The notes below the pieces were generated by a model, which saw nothing but the letters and a program-made list of their open reading frames with translations, did not search any database and was not told the origin of the DNA. A stretch of DNA of 25,112 nucleotides from a virus (lineage: Duplodnaviria; Caudoviricetes), in the IMG/VR virus record IMGVR_UViG_3300011434_000022, positions 1-25,112 of that record. One strand, written 5' to 3'. This document shows, piece after piece, positions 16,920-23,733 of this stretch. A program made the translations under genes and the position numbers. The stretch's first letter is position 1; each line of letters begins with the position of its first letter.

Positions 16920-17597
16920 GTGGCTCACCGCGACTTCGAGAGAGCGACGCCGAACCGGATGGCGTCGTCTGTCACCGGGTGGGGGCTCGGGCTGACAACG
17001 CTTGGGTTTACTTGTGCTGCGGTGGTAACTCACGAGGAAGCGAACGCGGCCAGCTTCTATACGGCCCACGTGTTGCAGTCGGGTACGGCAGCCCGTCAGA
17101 TCGGTATGGGGTTCAACGGTTCCAGTTTGCTGACCCTTCTGATCGGAGCCGCTGAGATCACCTTTGCCGGGACGACCCCGACGCTTGGCAACTGGTACCT
17201 GTACGTCATCACGAAGGCGACCGGGACCGTGACTCCTCTTGGTTACCGGTTGGACATGACGACCGGGGTCTGGTCGGGGGCGATTTCCGGTTCGGCCACG
17301 TCGGCGAACCGGACGGCCGGAGTATGCACCGCCAACGTCGGGTCGTTCTCCACGGGTGATTACTGGGATGGTCGGATCGCCCGGGTCGCGATCTTCGAGA
17401 AGGTCCTCAACGCAGGGGAGGCGCTCGAACTGCGCTTCCCGATGTCGTGGCGTCGGCACAGCGTCGGCCATAACGGGTTGTACGTCGACCTTGGTTGGCG
17501 ACAGAACGTGTTCGGGCTCGACGAGGTGAACCGGGCTGTCAACTTCGGAACTGGCACCGCCCCGGCTGTGGTCGGCACGTCGCCGCCCGGCTGGTGA
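16920..17597 (+). CDS. LamG/concanavalin A-like domain protein
   Basis: LGNWYLYVIT and YWDGRIARVAIFEKVLNAGE match the LamG_3 signature. Confidence 0.7.
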   Translation: MAHRDFERATPNRMASSVTGWGLGLTTLGFTCAAVVTHEEANAASFYTAHVLQSGTAARQIGMGFNGSSLLTLLIGAAEITFAGTTPTLGNWYLYVITKATGTVTPLGYRLDMTTGVWSGAISGSATSANRTAGVCTANVGSFSTGDYWDGRIARVAIFEKVLNAGEALELRFPMSWRRHSVGHNGLYVDLGWRQNVFGLDEVNRAVNFGTGTAPAVVGTSPPGW

Positions 17598-17601
17598 TCT
17601 G

Positions 17602-18741
17602 ATGCCGATCCTTCTGTTCCCCCGCAACATCGTCTCAGCCGGCACGCTCTCCACTACCGCGAGCGTCGCCGGCGCCGGGACGGTCGCCGCGGCCGGGTTG
17701 GTGCATCGGACGTCCACGGCGAGTGTCGCTGGCGCGGGAACGGTCGCCGGTGTTGGGCTCACCCATAGGCAGGCGACGGGGGCGGTTGCCGGTGTCGGGG
17801 CGGTAGCAGGAACCGGGCTCGTCCGGCGAACCTCGACGGCGAGTTTGACGGGTGCCGGTGCCATCACGGGCACAGCAACCGTTCAAACAGTGCTGCAGAC
17901 GACCGCGGCGGTGGCAGGCGTTGGGACGGTCGCCGGTACAGCGCTCACCCATCGGGTCACGACAGGCAGCCTTGCCGGGGCCGGCACTGTTGATGCCACT
18001 GCGACGACCCACAGGATCGCCACAGGTGCCGTTGCTGGGGCTGGGGCTATCAGTGGCACCCTCACCCAAACGCATGTCGCTACAGGCTCTGTGGCGGGCA
18101 TTGGCACGGTCGCAGCGGTAGGCGTTGTCCACAAGATCAGCACCGTTGCGATCGCCGGGGCGGGCACGGTTGCCGGCACCGCCGCGCAAACCCACACAAC
18201 CACCGCGGCCATTGCCGGCACCGGCACCGTCGCGGCGACGACCTCGACCGCGCTGCAGACCACCGCTAACATCGAAGGCGGCGGCACCGTCTCCGGCACC
18301 GGGCAGGTCCGTAAGGTCACAACCGGCACCATCCCGGGAGCTGGCACGGTTACGGCAACCGGTCTGCTTCGCCGACCGACAACCGCCGGTGTCACCGCTA
18401 CCGGGACTGTCGGCTGTATAGCAACAGTCCGCAAGATCGGCACCTGCACCATCACCGGTTCCGGTTCGATCACCGGCACATGCACCCAGCGGCACGCCAC
18501 CACCGCCACCATCGCCGGCGCCGGCACTGTCGCCGGGATCGGGCAGGGCGGGCTCATCCCTGCCATCCCGGTCGACGCTCTCACCCTTCACGCCAGTCAC
18601 ACTCCGACGATCACGTTCTACGCCCGGCAAGCCGTGACACTCGCCTTCCAAGCGCTCGCCGATGGGGCTACGCAGCTCGCCGCTGATCTGACAACCCTCA
18701 CCCTCCACGCGGAGGCCACCCAGGAGGTAACCGTTTCATGA
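17602..18741 (+). CDS. Gly/Ala/Thr-rich repeat fibre protein (~15 x 20-aa repeats)
   Basis: Units such as TSTASVAGAGTVAGVGLTHR, counted manually. Confidence 0.8.
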   Translation: MPILLFPRNIVSAGTLSTTASVAGAGTVAAAGLVHRTSTASVAGAGTVAGVGLTHRQATGAVAGVGAVAGTGLVRRTSTASLTGAGAITGTATVQTVLQTTAAVAGVGTVAGTALTHRVTTGSLAGAGTVDATATTHRIATGAVAGAGAISGTLTQTHVATGSVAGIGTVAAVGVVHKISTVAIAGAGTVAGTAAQTHTTTAAIAGTGTVAATTSTALQTTANIEGGGTVSGTGQVRKVTTGTIPGAGTVTATGLLRRPTTAGVTATGTVGCIATVRKIGTCTITGSGSITGTCTQRHATTATIAGAGTVAGIGQGGLIPAIPVDALTLHASHTPTITFYARQAVTLAFQALADGATQLAADLTTLTLHAEATQEVTVS

Positions 18742-19121
18742 CCGTCCGCAGCAAGGTGCCCCGTGGGCAGTGGTACATCGGTGAACGTAAAGAACTCGTG
18801 TTCACGCTCACCCACCCGTCCGACGAGGACCCGGAGACGTGGGAGCTCCAGTTCGTGCTTCGCTACGCCTCATGCGTCCGAGGGCTCGAGGATCCGGGCG
18901 ATGGTGGGGTGATCTTCACGAAGGACACCGCCGATATGACCGTCGTTGTCCTGACGACGACAACGGCGCGGATCACGGTGGTGGTTGACAGGGAGGACAC
19001 TGTCGGGCTCGACCCGGACGACTACCACGGCGCTCTGTGGCGAATCGACGGCACCGACGACGCTGTCCTCGCAACACTCGTCTACGCGCATCTGTCCGGC
19101 GTAGCGAAACAGTCCAGCTAG
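18738..19121 (+). CDS. BppU N-terminal-like Ig-fold structural protein
   Basis: GGAGG SD; LVFTLT..WELQFVLR..RITVVVDREDTVGL..Y..LWRID pattern. Confidence 0.55.
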   Translation: MTVRSKVPRGQWYIGERKELVFTLTHPSDEDPETWELQFVLRYASCVRGLEDPGDGGVIFTKDTADMTVVVLTTTTARITVVVDREDTVGLDPDDYHGALWRIDGTDDAVLATLVYAHLSGVAKQSS

Positions 19122-19273
19122 GCGAGGAGCATGACGAGGGCGACCGCGACGGCGAACACGGCCAGCCCGGCGAGCACGCCGAGGAGTACTTTGATCCCGG
19201 CGAGCAGATCGGCGATCCGTTCGAGGGTCTGCTGCTCTCTCGTGGTCGGCGGAGGGGGAATGGTGGTGTTCAT
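19118..19273 (-). CDS. 51-aa membrane protein (MNTTIPPPP...)
   Basis: GAAGGA SD; C-terminal TM helix; follows integrase in the same operon. Confidence 0.65.
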   Translation of the reverse strand: MNTTIPPPPTTREQQTLERIADLLAGIKVLLGVLAGLAVFAVAVALVMLLA

Positions 19274-19287
19274 AGCGTGATCATCCT

Positions 19288-20100
19288 TCATGCCGGTGTT
19301 GCGTACAACTGGTCGACGAGGCTTTGCCCTCGCGGGTTCGCCCACTGCACGTAGATCATCGTCGTGTCCGGCGACTCGTGCCCCATCAACTTCTGGACGG
19401 AGATCAGGTCCCCGCCGGCGATCTCCGCGAGCGACGTGGCGAACGAGGCGCGCAGCTGGTGCGGATGCATGTCGACGCCGACATGCATGAACGCTGTCTT
19501 GATCCGCTGGTACACCGCCTCCGTGCGCAGATGGCTCCCCGTTGTCGGTGACGGGAACACCCAGCCGGGGGGGAGGTCAGACATCGCTTCGACGAGCGCC
19601 GGGTGTAATGGCTGCTGGCGCGCCTTGTCGCCCTTCCCGTGCTCGACGATGAGGGTCCGCTTGTGGATGTGGACGTCCTCGGCGCTGAGGGCGGCGATCT
19701 CCGCGACGCGCAGCCCGGCGTAGGCGGCGAGCATGATCATCAGTCTGGTGGTGGCGTGCGGCGCGCAGGCGATCGCCGCCAAGATGACCTCACCAGACAG
19801 CGGACGGGGGATCGTCTTGCGGACCTTCACCGGGTCGGTTCGGTCCATCGGGCTCAACTCGACGTGGTCACGGCGGACCGCCCACCGGTAGAAGCAGATC
19901 AGGTCCGACCGGTAATGCGCCCGAGTCCTCGGCGATTTCAGCTGGCGGAGCCATTCCTCGACGTCGCTCGTCTTCGCGGCGAGGATGTCGAGCTCGGGTC
20001 CGAGGAACTTCTGGAAGCTACGCAGCGCGGTGCAACGCCTACGCACCGTGGCCGGTGAGAGGTTGCACGCCTCCTGGTGGCGCGCAAAGGCGTCGATCAT
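19288..20100 (-). CDS. int: Tyrosine recombinase/integrase, XerC/D-like, without arm-binding domain (~270 aa)
   Basis: AGLRVAEI (R), GKGDK (K), HQLR (HxxR), MGH..TTMIY (H, Y); GAAAGGG SD; start at ATG 20100 or GTG 20103. Confidence 0.93.
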   Translation of the reverse strand: MIDAFARHQEACNLSPATVRRRCTALRSFQKFLGPELDILAAKTSDVEEWLRQLKSPRTRAHYRSDLICFYRWAVRRDHVELSPMDRTDPVKVRKTIPRPLSGEVILAAIACAPHATTRLMIMLAAYAGLRVAEIAALSAEDVHIHKRTLIVEHGKGDKARQQPLHPALVEAMSDLPPGWVFPSPTTGSHLRTEAVYQRIKTAFMHVGVDMHPHQLRASFATSLAEIAGGDLISVQKLMGHESPDTTMIYVQWANPRGQSLVDQLYATPA

Positions 20101-20195
20101 CACATGCTCGCCCTTTCGCCGACCCCTGGCCCCCCGCCGCAGGTTGGTGCGTGATGATGCGCGCACAGAGCGTGATGTTGCAACAGGCGACACCG

Positions 20196-20222
20196 TCGGT
20201 TACACCACTTCTTCGATGTAAC
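20196..20222. repeat. Direct repeat copy A, TCGGTTACACCACTTCTTCGATGTAAC
   Basis: 21/27 identical to 20966-20992; internal GTTAC-N14-GTAAC dyad; contains the MTase stop codon. Confidence 0.75.
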
Positions 20223-20718
20223 ACAGTTGGGGTAGTGCGAAGATGGCGCCGACCGCGCCAGAGCCGGGGAACAGGTCGATGATCTCATCGGTTGGCAAAG
20301 CGCCAAGGAGGTCCATGATCCAACGGGCGAACGCTTCGGGCTTAGCGCCCGTGAAGCCTCGACGGAGGGTGATCGATGCGGACAGGTGGTCGCGGCCCAC
20401 CGGTTCATCGGGACGTCGGGGTAAGTGCCGGTGAAACAACACCGGTTCCCATGTGTAAGCAACGCGAACGTTGCGTTTGAAGGCGGCGAACGGCTTGACC
20501 CACGCAGCGACACGGGTGCCGGCAGGCGATGCTGGGAGCAGGTCACGCAGCGATGGGGCAGAGGCAGACATGGCCCACCCGTCGAAGCTGGCATCCATCT
20601 GTGCCATGAGCGCGACATGGCTGGCGGGGTCATCCCAGCGGGCGGCGTCGGGATGCTCCGGGTAGAGGTGAGCGCAGCCGAGGTAGGGCGGATCGGCATA
20701 GGCAAACTTGGCCATCAT
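20200..20718 (-). CDS. Compact DNA amino-methyltransferase (beta class, probably N6-adenine), 172 aa
   Basis: YADPPY catalytic motif N-terminal, KP and DLFPGSG SAM-binding motif C-terminal; GAGGT SD and ATGA overlap. Confidence 0.85.
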   Translation of the reverse strand: MMAKFAYADPPYLGCAHLYPEHPDAARWDDPASHVALMAQMDASFDGWAMSASAPSLRDLLPASPAGTRVAAWVKPFAAFKRNVRVAYTWEPVLFHRHLPRRPDEPVGRDHLSASITLRRGFTGAKPEAFARWIMDLLGALPTDEIIDLFPGSGAVGAIFALPQLCYIEEVV

Positions 20719-20966
20719 CGGTGACCTCGCTGCGCGTCGGGTCGGGTGTGGCCATGAACGGGACAGTCGGGGTGCGGCCCATCGCTCGCGCTCCTGTTGG
20801 CACAGATGCACACAGCTCGTTGGAGCAGGACGATGGCGTCACGGTAGGCGTCTTCCATACCTGACCAGTACGAGGCTTGCTTTCCTGTGGCGTTGTCTGC
20901 ATCGGCGGACGCCGAGTACGCACGGGTCGTCAGTTCGAGCAGAAGGTCAGTGAGTTGTTCGATCAT
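20715..20966 (-). CDS. Hypothetical 83-aa protein with CxC...PDCPVHG metal-binding motif
   Basis: GAGG SD supplied by repeat copy B; coupled to the MTase. Confidence 0.7.
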   Translation of the reverse strand: MIEQLTDLLLELTTRAYSASADADNATGKQASYWSGMEDAYRDAIVLLQRAVCICANRSASDGPHPDCPVHGHTRPDAQRGHR

Positions 20967-20992
20967 CGGTTACCTCGCTGGTTCGTTGTAAC
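20966..20992. repeat. Direct repeat copy B, TCGGTTACCTCGCTGGTTCGTTGTAAC
   Basis: Partner of 20196-20222; contains the repressor stop codon and the SD of the next gene. Confidence 0.75.
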
Positions 20993-21443
20993 GGTTCGCC
21001 TGTCGGTGAGCCGTCCGTGGGTGGGTTAGCCGTGGGCGCCGCTGATACTCCGCGGTAACAGCGACTGTAGCGGCGCTAGCCTTGCGGTGCCGTTGGGGGG
21101 CCCGCGTCAACTCCCCACGGTCAGCGCGGGCAGAGTGAGGGCGGGCGGCTGATCTCAACAGTCGGGCGCGTTCAGCGAGCGCCGGGTGAAGGTCCTCGAG
21201 CGTCGTGCCGTAGTAGCCGGCAAGAGCGCTGGTGGTGAGAAGGTCGGCGGAGTAGGGGTCCAGCGCGCCCTTGTGGGCCTTGCGGATCCACTCGCCGGTC
21301 GGCGTGTGGTTGGGCCCGAGCACTTCTAGCAGGGCGTACTCGATCGTTCGGTAGGCGGGGGATCCGGCCTGGTCGTGGAGCGCCGTCAGTGAACCACCCA
21401 GCTCTGCGGCGGCGCTCGTGTTCTTGGTGCGAGTCACAGGCAC
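20970..21443 (-). CDS. Probable immunity repressor (XRE-like HTH)
   Basis: LTALHDQAGSPAYRTI..EWIRK..LAGYYGTTLEDL resembles XRE HTH domains; divergent from a cro-like gene and upstream of integrase. Confidence 0.65.
   Translation of the reverse strand: MPVTRTKNTSAAAELGGSLTALHDQAGSPAYRTIEYALLEVLGPNHTPTGEWIRKAHKGALDPYSADLLTTSALAGYYGTTLEDLHPALAERARLLRSAARPHSARADRGELTRAPQRHRKASAATVAVTAEYQRRPRLTHPRTAHRQANRYNEPAR
21038..21065. other. Candidate attP core: GCCGCTGATAC-TCCGCG-GTAACAGCGAC (11-6-11)
   Basis: Arms are 9/11 inverted-complementary around an asymmetric 6-bp spacer; dif-like geometry; lies inside the repressor 3' end. Confidence 0.55.
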
Positions 21444-21446
21444 ACC

Positions 21447-21550
21447 TTGCCAGAAATGTTGCAGGTTCGCAACGGACGAACCGGACGGTTGAAGATGCCA
21501 CTTGACACGTTGCCAAGATCTATGGCAATACTATTGGCAATGGCTGGCAA
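21447..21550. promoter_or_regulatory. Divergent promoter/operator region of the lysis-lysogeny switch
   Basis: TTGACA at 21502-21507; -10 candidates AATACT/TACTAT at 21527-21534; TTGCCA at 21447 and 21510; TGGCAA at 21523, 21535 and 21545. Confidence 0.7.
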
Positions 21551-21755
21551 GATCCTTCCTCTGGTCGACCGCCTCGTTCCCGGCGGGCTCGGCCCCAAGC
21601 TCGCAGAGTGGGCCGGCGACGACCTCTCCACCGAGGAGATGGCCTCCCGGCTCGCCACCGACTTCGCCGTCGACGTGACACGAGAAACGGTCCGCATGTG
21701 GCTCCACCACTACGGGGTCAGCACCAAGCGGATGAGCGGCGGAGAAGTCGCATGA
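21540..21755 (+). CDS. Cro-like HTH protein (71 aa), probably leaderless
   Basis: STEEMASRL..VDVTRETVRMWL HTH; ATG sits 5-7 nt after the -10 candidates with no SD. Confidence 0.7.
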   Translation: MAGKILPLVDRLVPGGLGPKLAEWAGDDLSTEEMASRLATDFAVDVTRETVRMWLHHYGVSTKRMSGGEVA

Positions 21756-21979
21756 GCCGGATCAATCTCGCCACGGACGCTGGTATCCGCGCGCTCATGG
21801 CGGGTTTTCCTGACGCCGATGCTCTCATCGTCGAAGACGTCGCCGCGCAGCGGGAAGCCGTGTCCGTGTGCCCGTACGACACGAAAACCGGCACGATCTG
21901 GTGGGGACTGACGCTGATAACGAGCCGTGAGGCTGCCGAAACATCCGGCCTACCCCTGTACACGGTGGAGGAGCGGTGA
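21752..21979 (+). CDS. Hypothetical early protein (75 aa)
   Basis: GGAG SD, ATGA coupling. Confidence 0.65.
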   Translation: MSRINLATDAGIRALMAGFPDADALIVEDVAAQREAVSVCPYDTKTGTIWWGLTLITSREAAETSGLPLYTVEER

Positions 21980-22013
21980 CCGTCCTCGTCGACTTCGCAG
22001 CGGAGCTAGCGGC

Positions 22014-22274
22014 ATGAGCAGATACCGCCGCCAACACCCCGTCGAGGTCACAGCCATGAAGCCGGCTCAGCGCGCTTTCACCGAGCACACGACCCGGGAG
22101 GCCTGGGTCGTATCGAGCCTCAAGGCTTACAGCCTCAACGGAAACGAGTGCGTCCATGTGGGGCTCAGCAGCGGACGTGGTGGTTACACGGCCTACATGC
22201 TCCCTCGATCCCAGCCCTTGCCTGCGTTGGGAACGGAGGTCGTTCTGGTGACGTCACTGGTGATCAGATCATGA
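22014..22274 (+). CDS. Hypothetical early protein (86 aa)
   Basis: GGAG SD; ATGA-coupled via a 13-codon mini-ORF at 21976-22017. Confidence 0.6.
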   Translation: MSRYRRQHPVEVTAMKPAQRAFTEHTTREAWVVSSLKAYSLNGNECVHVGLSSGRGGYTAYMLPRSQPLPALGTEVVLVTSLVIRS

Positions 22275-22396
22275 CCTCCTCACACTGCTGCGACTGCGCC
22301 GACTGTCGGGACACCGACCGTCGCCTGGCTGCCGCCGCTGAGATGGCTGAAGCGTCCGCTGTGCTCGCCGCCCTCGACGACGAGGCAGAGACATGA
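22271..22396 (+). CDS. Hypothetical 41-aa protein with CCDCADC motif
   Basis: ATGA coupling at both ends. Confidence 0.55.
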   Translation: MTSSHCCDCADCRDTDRRLAAAAEMAEASAVLAALDDEAET

Positions 22397-22485
22397 CCCT
22401 CGATCGGCTCGCCGCCGCCGGCTGCCTCGCCTACCTCGCCCTCGTCACGATCGTCGCCGCCCTCATCCTCCGAGGCGTCTGGTGA
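22393..22485 (+). CDS. 30-aa TM peptide (MTLDRLAAAGCLAYLALVTIVAALILRGVW)
   Basis: GAGG SD, coupled overlaps; manually translated. Confidence 0.55.
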   Translation: MTLDRLAAAGCLAYLALVTIVAALILRGVW

Positions 22486-22634
22486 CCGCCGACGAGATCC
22501 AAGCCGAATGGGAAGCGGCGGCAGGTGACCTCGAGTTCACCAGCGAAGTCTTGTCGGTCGAGATGCTGCGGCTCCACTCCGTCATCCTCCTTGAGGTCCT
22601 TCGGCGGCTCGAGCAGATCGCAGCGATGCCATGA
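22482..22634 (+). CDS. Hypothetical 50-aa protein (MTADEIQAEWEAAAG...)
   Basis: GAGG SD, GTGA/ATGA overlaps. Confidence 0.6.
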   Translation: MTADEIQAEWEAAAGDLEFTSEVLSVEMLRLHSVILLEVLRRLEQIAAMP

Positions 22635-22798
22635 AGACCCTCATCGTCGAGCTCATCGGCGTCTGCCTCGCCATGGCCGTCTCGACGTTCATCGTCGTCG
22701 CCATGTGGACCGGAGCCGCCGGCGCCACCCCCCGCTGTGACCTGTACGAGCAGCCCGCAGCCGGGCCCGCCTGGGTCTGCCAGGACGGTGTGCGATGA
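22631..22798 (+). CDS. 55-aa membrane/secreted peptide (MKTLIVELIGVCLAMAVS...)
   Basis: ATGA overlaps; hydrophobic N-terminus and a C-terminal Cys pair. Confidence 0.55.
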   Translation: MKTLIVELIGVCLAMAVSTFIVVAMWTGAAGATPRCDLYEQPAAGPAWVCQDGVR

Positions 22799-22947
22799 CG
22801 ATCGACCCTGTCGGCCTCGCCTACTACCCGGCGATGGTCGCCGCCGATCTTCTGGATTGGGCCGACGCCGGTGGCAATATCGACGCGCTCATCAGCGGCC
22901 TAACGACAGTCCTTGATCTATTGCACGAGAAGGCTGCAGAGCAGTGA
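22795..22947 (+). CDS. Hypothetical 50-aa protein (MTIDPVGLAYYP...)
   Basis: ATGA/GTGA overlaps. Confidence 0.55.
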   Translation: MTIDPVGLAYYPAMVAADLLDWADAGGNIDALISGLTTVLDLLHEKAAEQ

Positions 22948-23213
22948 CCCGTCACGGTCGGGAACCCGAGCTTGTCGCCTGCCCCACCTGCGGGCAGCGC
23001 GAAGTGAGCTACGCCGTGATCTCCCTCCCCGACGAGTACGGCGAACGTGATTTGTGGGTCATGCGTTGGCCGTGCACCGATGAGGGGGCCCGGCTCGTTG
23101 CCGGCCCGTACATCACGTTGGGTGAAGCGCAACGGGCGTTGATGCGCCGTGTCGAGCGGGACGCCCGAGCTCATGAGGCGCAGCTCGAGTGGCGGGACGA
23201 CCCGCCGCAGTAA
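22944..23213 (+). CDS. Hypothetical 89-aa protein with CPTC motif
   Basis: GAAGG SD, GTGA coupling. Confidence 0.65.
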   Translation: MTRHGREPELVACPTCGQREVSYAVISLPDEYGERDLWVMRWPCTDEGARLVAGPYITLGEAQRALMRRVERDARAHEAQLEWRDDPPQ

Positions 23214-23234
23214 GTGGCACATCGGAGGAAAGTC

Positions 23235-23462
23235 ATGACCCCGGACACGAAGACGATCGCTGACATGGGGCGCCAAGCAATCGCCGACCATTCAACGATC
23301 GTCGCTCTCCGCGAAGACCTCGCCAAGGCCGGCTTGCAGATCGAAGCGATGCTCGCCCATAACGCCGACCTCCACACCCAACTTCAACGGTGGCAGACAG
23401 GTGCGTGTCACGAAGCGCGCACCTGCACATCGTGTGCCCTCGACAAAGAGGAGGGGGAATGA
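23235..23462 (+). CDS. Hypothetical 75-aa coiled protein with C-terminal Cys cluster
   Basis: GGAGG SD before ATG 23235. Confidence 0.65.
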   Translation: MTPDTKTIADMGRQAIADHSTIVALREDLAKAGLQIEAMLAHNADLHTQLQRWQTGACHEARTCTSCALDKEEGE

Positions 23463-23665
23463 AGACCCGCATCCACATCTACACGATGAACAGCGGTCGT
23501 TGGGGCTGGACGGTGCAACGCCAGTACGGCTCCGGCTTTGCCGATGCCGGCCCTAACGGCGAGGCCCGCAGCGCCCGCTCCGCCACACGTGACGCCGAAC
23601 GAGCACGAGAGCTGTACGTAGCAGCGCAGTCGTCGTCGTCGTTCTACTCAGACACCGCCAACTAG
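23459..23665 (+). CDS. Hypothetical 68-aa protein, weakly DUF1508/YegP-like
   Basis: GGAGG SD; IY..SGRWGWTV..A.RDAE pattern. Confidence 0.55.
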   Translation: MKTRIHIYTMNSGRWGWTVQRQYGSGFADAGPNGEARSARSATRDAERARELYVAAQSSSSFYSDTAN

Positions 23666-23675
23666 CAGAAGCCAA

Positions 23676-23715
23676 ACGGCCCCACCCAACCCTCGACCGG
23701 TGGGAGTGGGGCCGT
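23676..23715 (+). promoter_or_regulatory. GC-rich stem-loop before the LPxTG gene
   Basis: ACGGCCCCAC (23676-23685) pairs with GTGGGGCCGT (23706-23715), followed by an AAAGGAG SD. Confidence 0.55.
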
Positions 23716-23733
23716 CAGACAAAGGAGAATCTA

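Noticed and set aside
17602-18741. 60-nt periodicity as a CRISPR array or DGR repeat
   Set aside because: Repeats are degenerate and conserved only at protein level; no cas or reverse transcriptase genes are seen.
20104-20193. N-terminal extension of the integrase ORF to 20193
   Set aside because: An SD lies just before 20103/20100, and the extension covers the motif-rich leader.
21095-21125. tRNA/tmRNA 3'-end-like att core (GTCAACTCCCC)
   Set aside because: No GTTCRA T-loop, no paired T-stem and no CCA end.
21476-21493. Actinobacterial LexA box near the repressor promoter
   Set aside because: CGAAC is followed by the wrong spacing and an imperfect GTTCG half-site.
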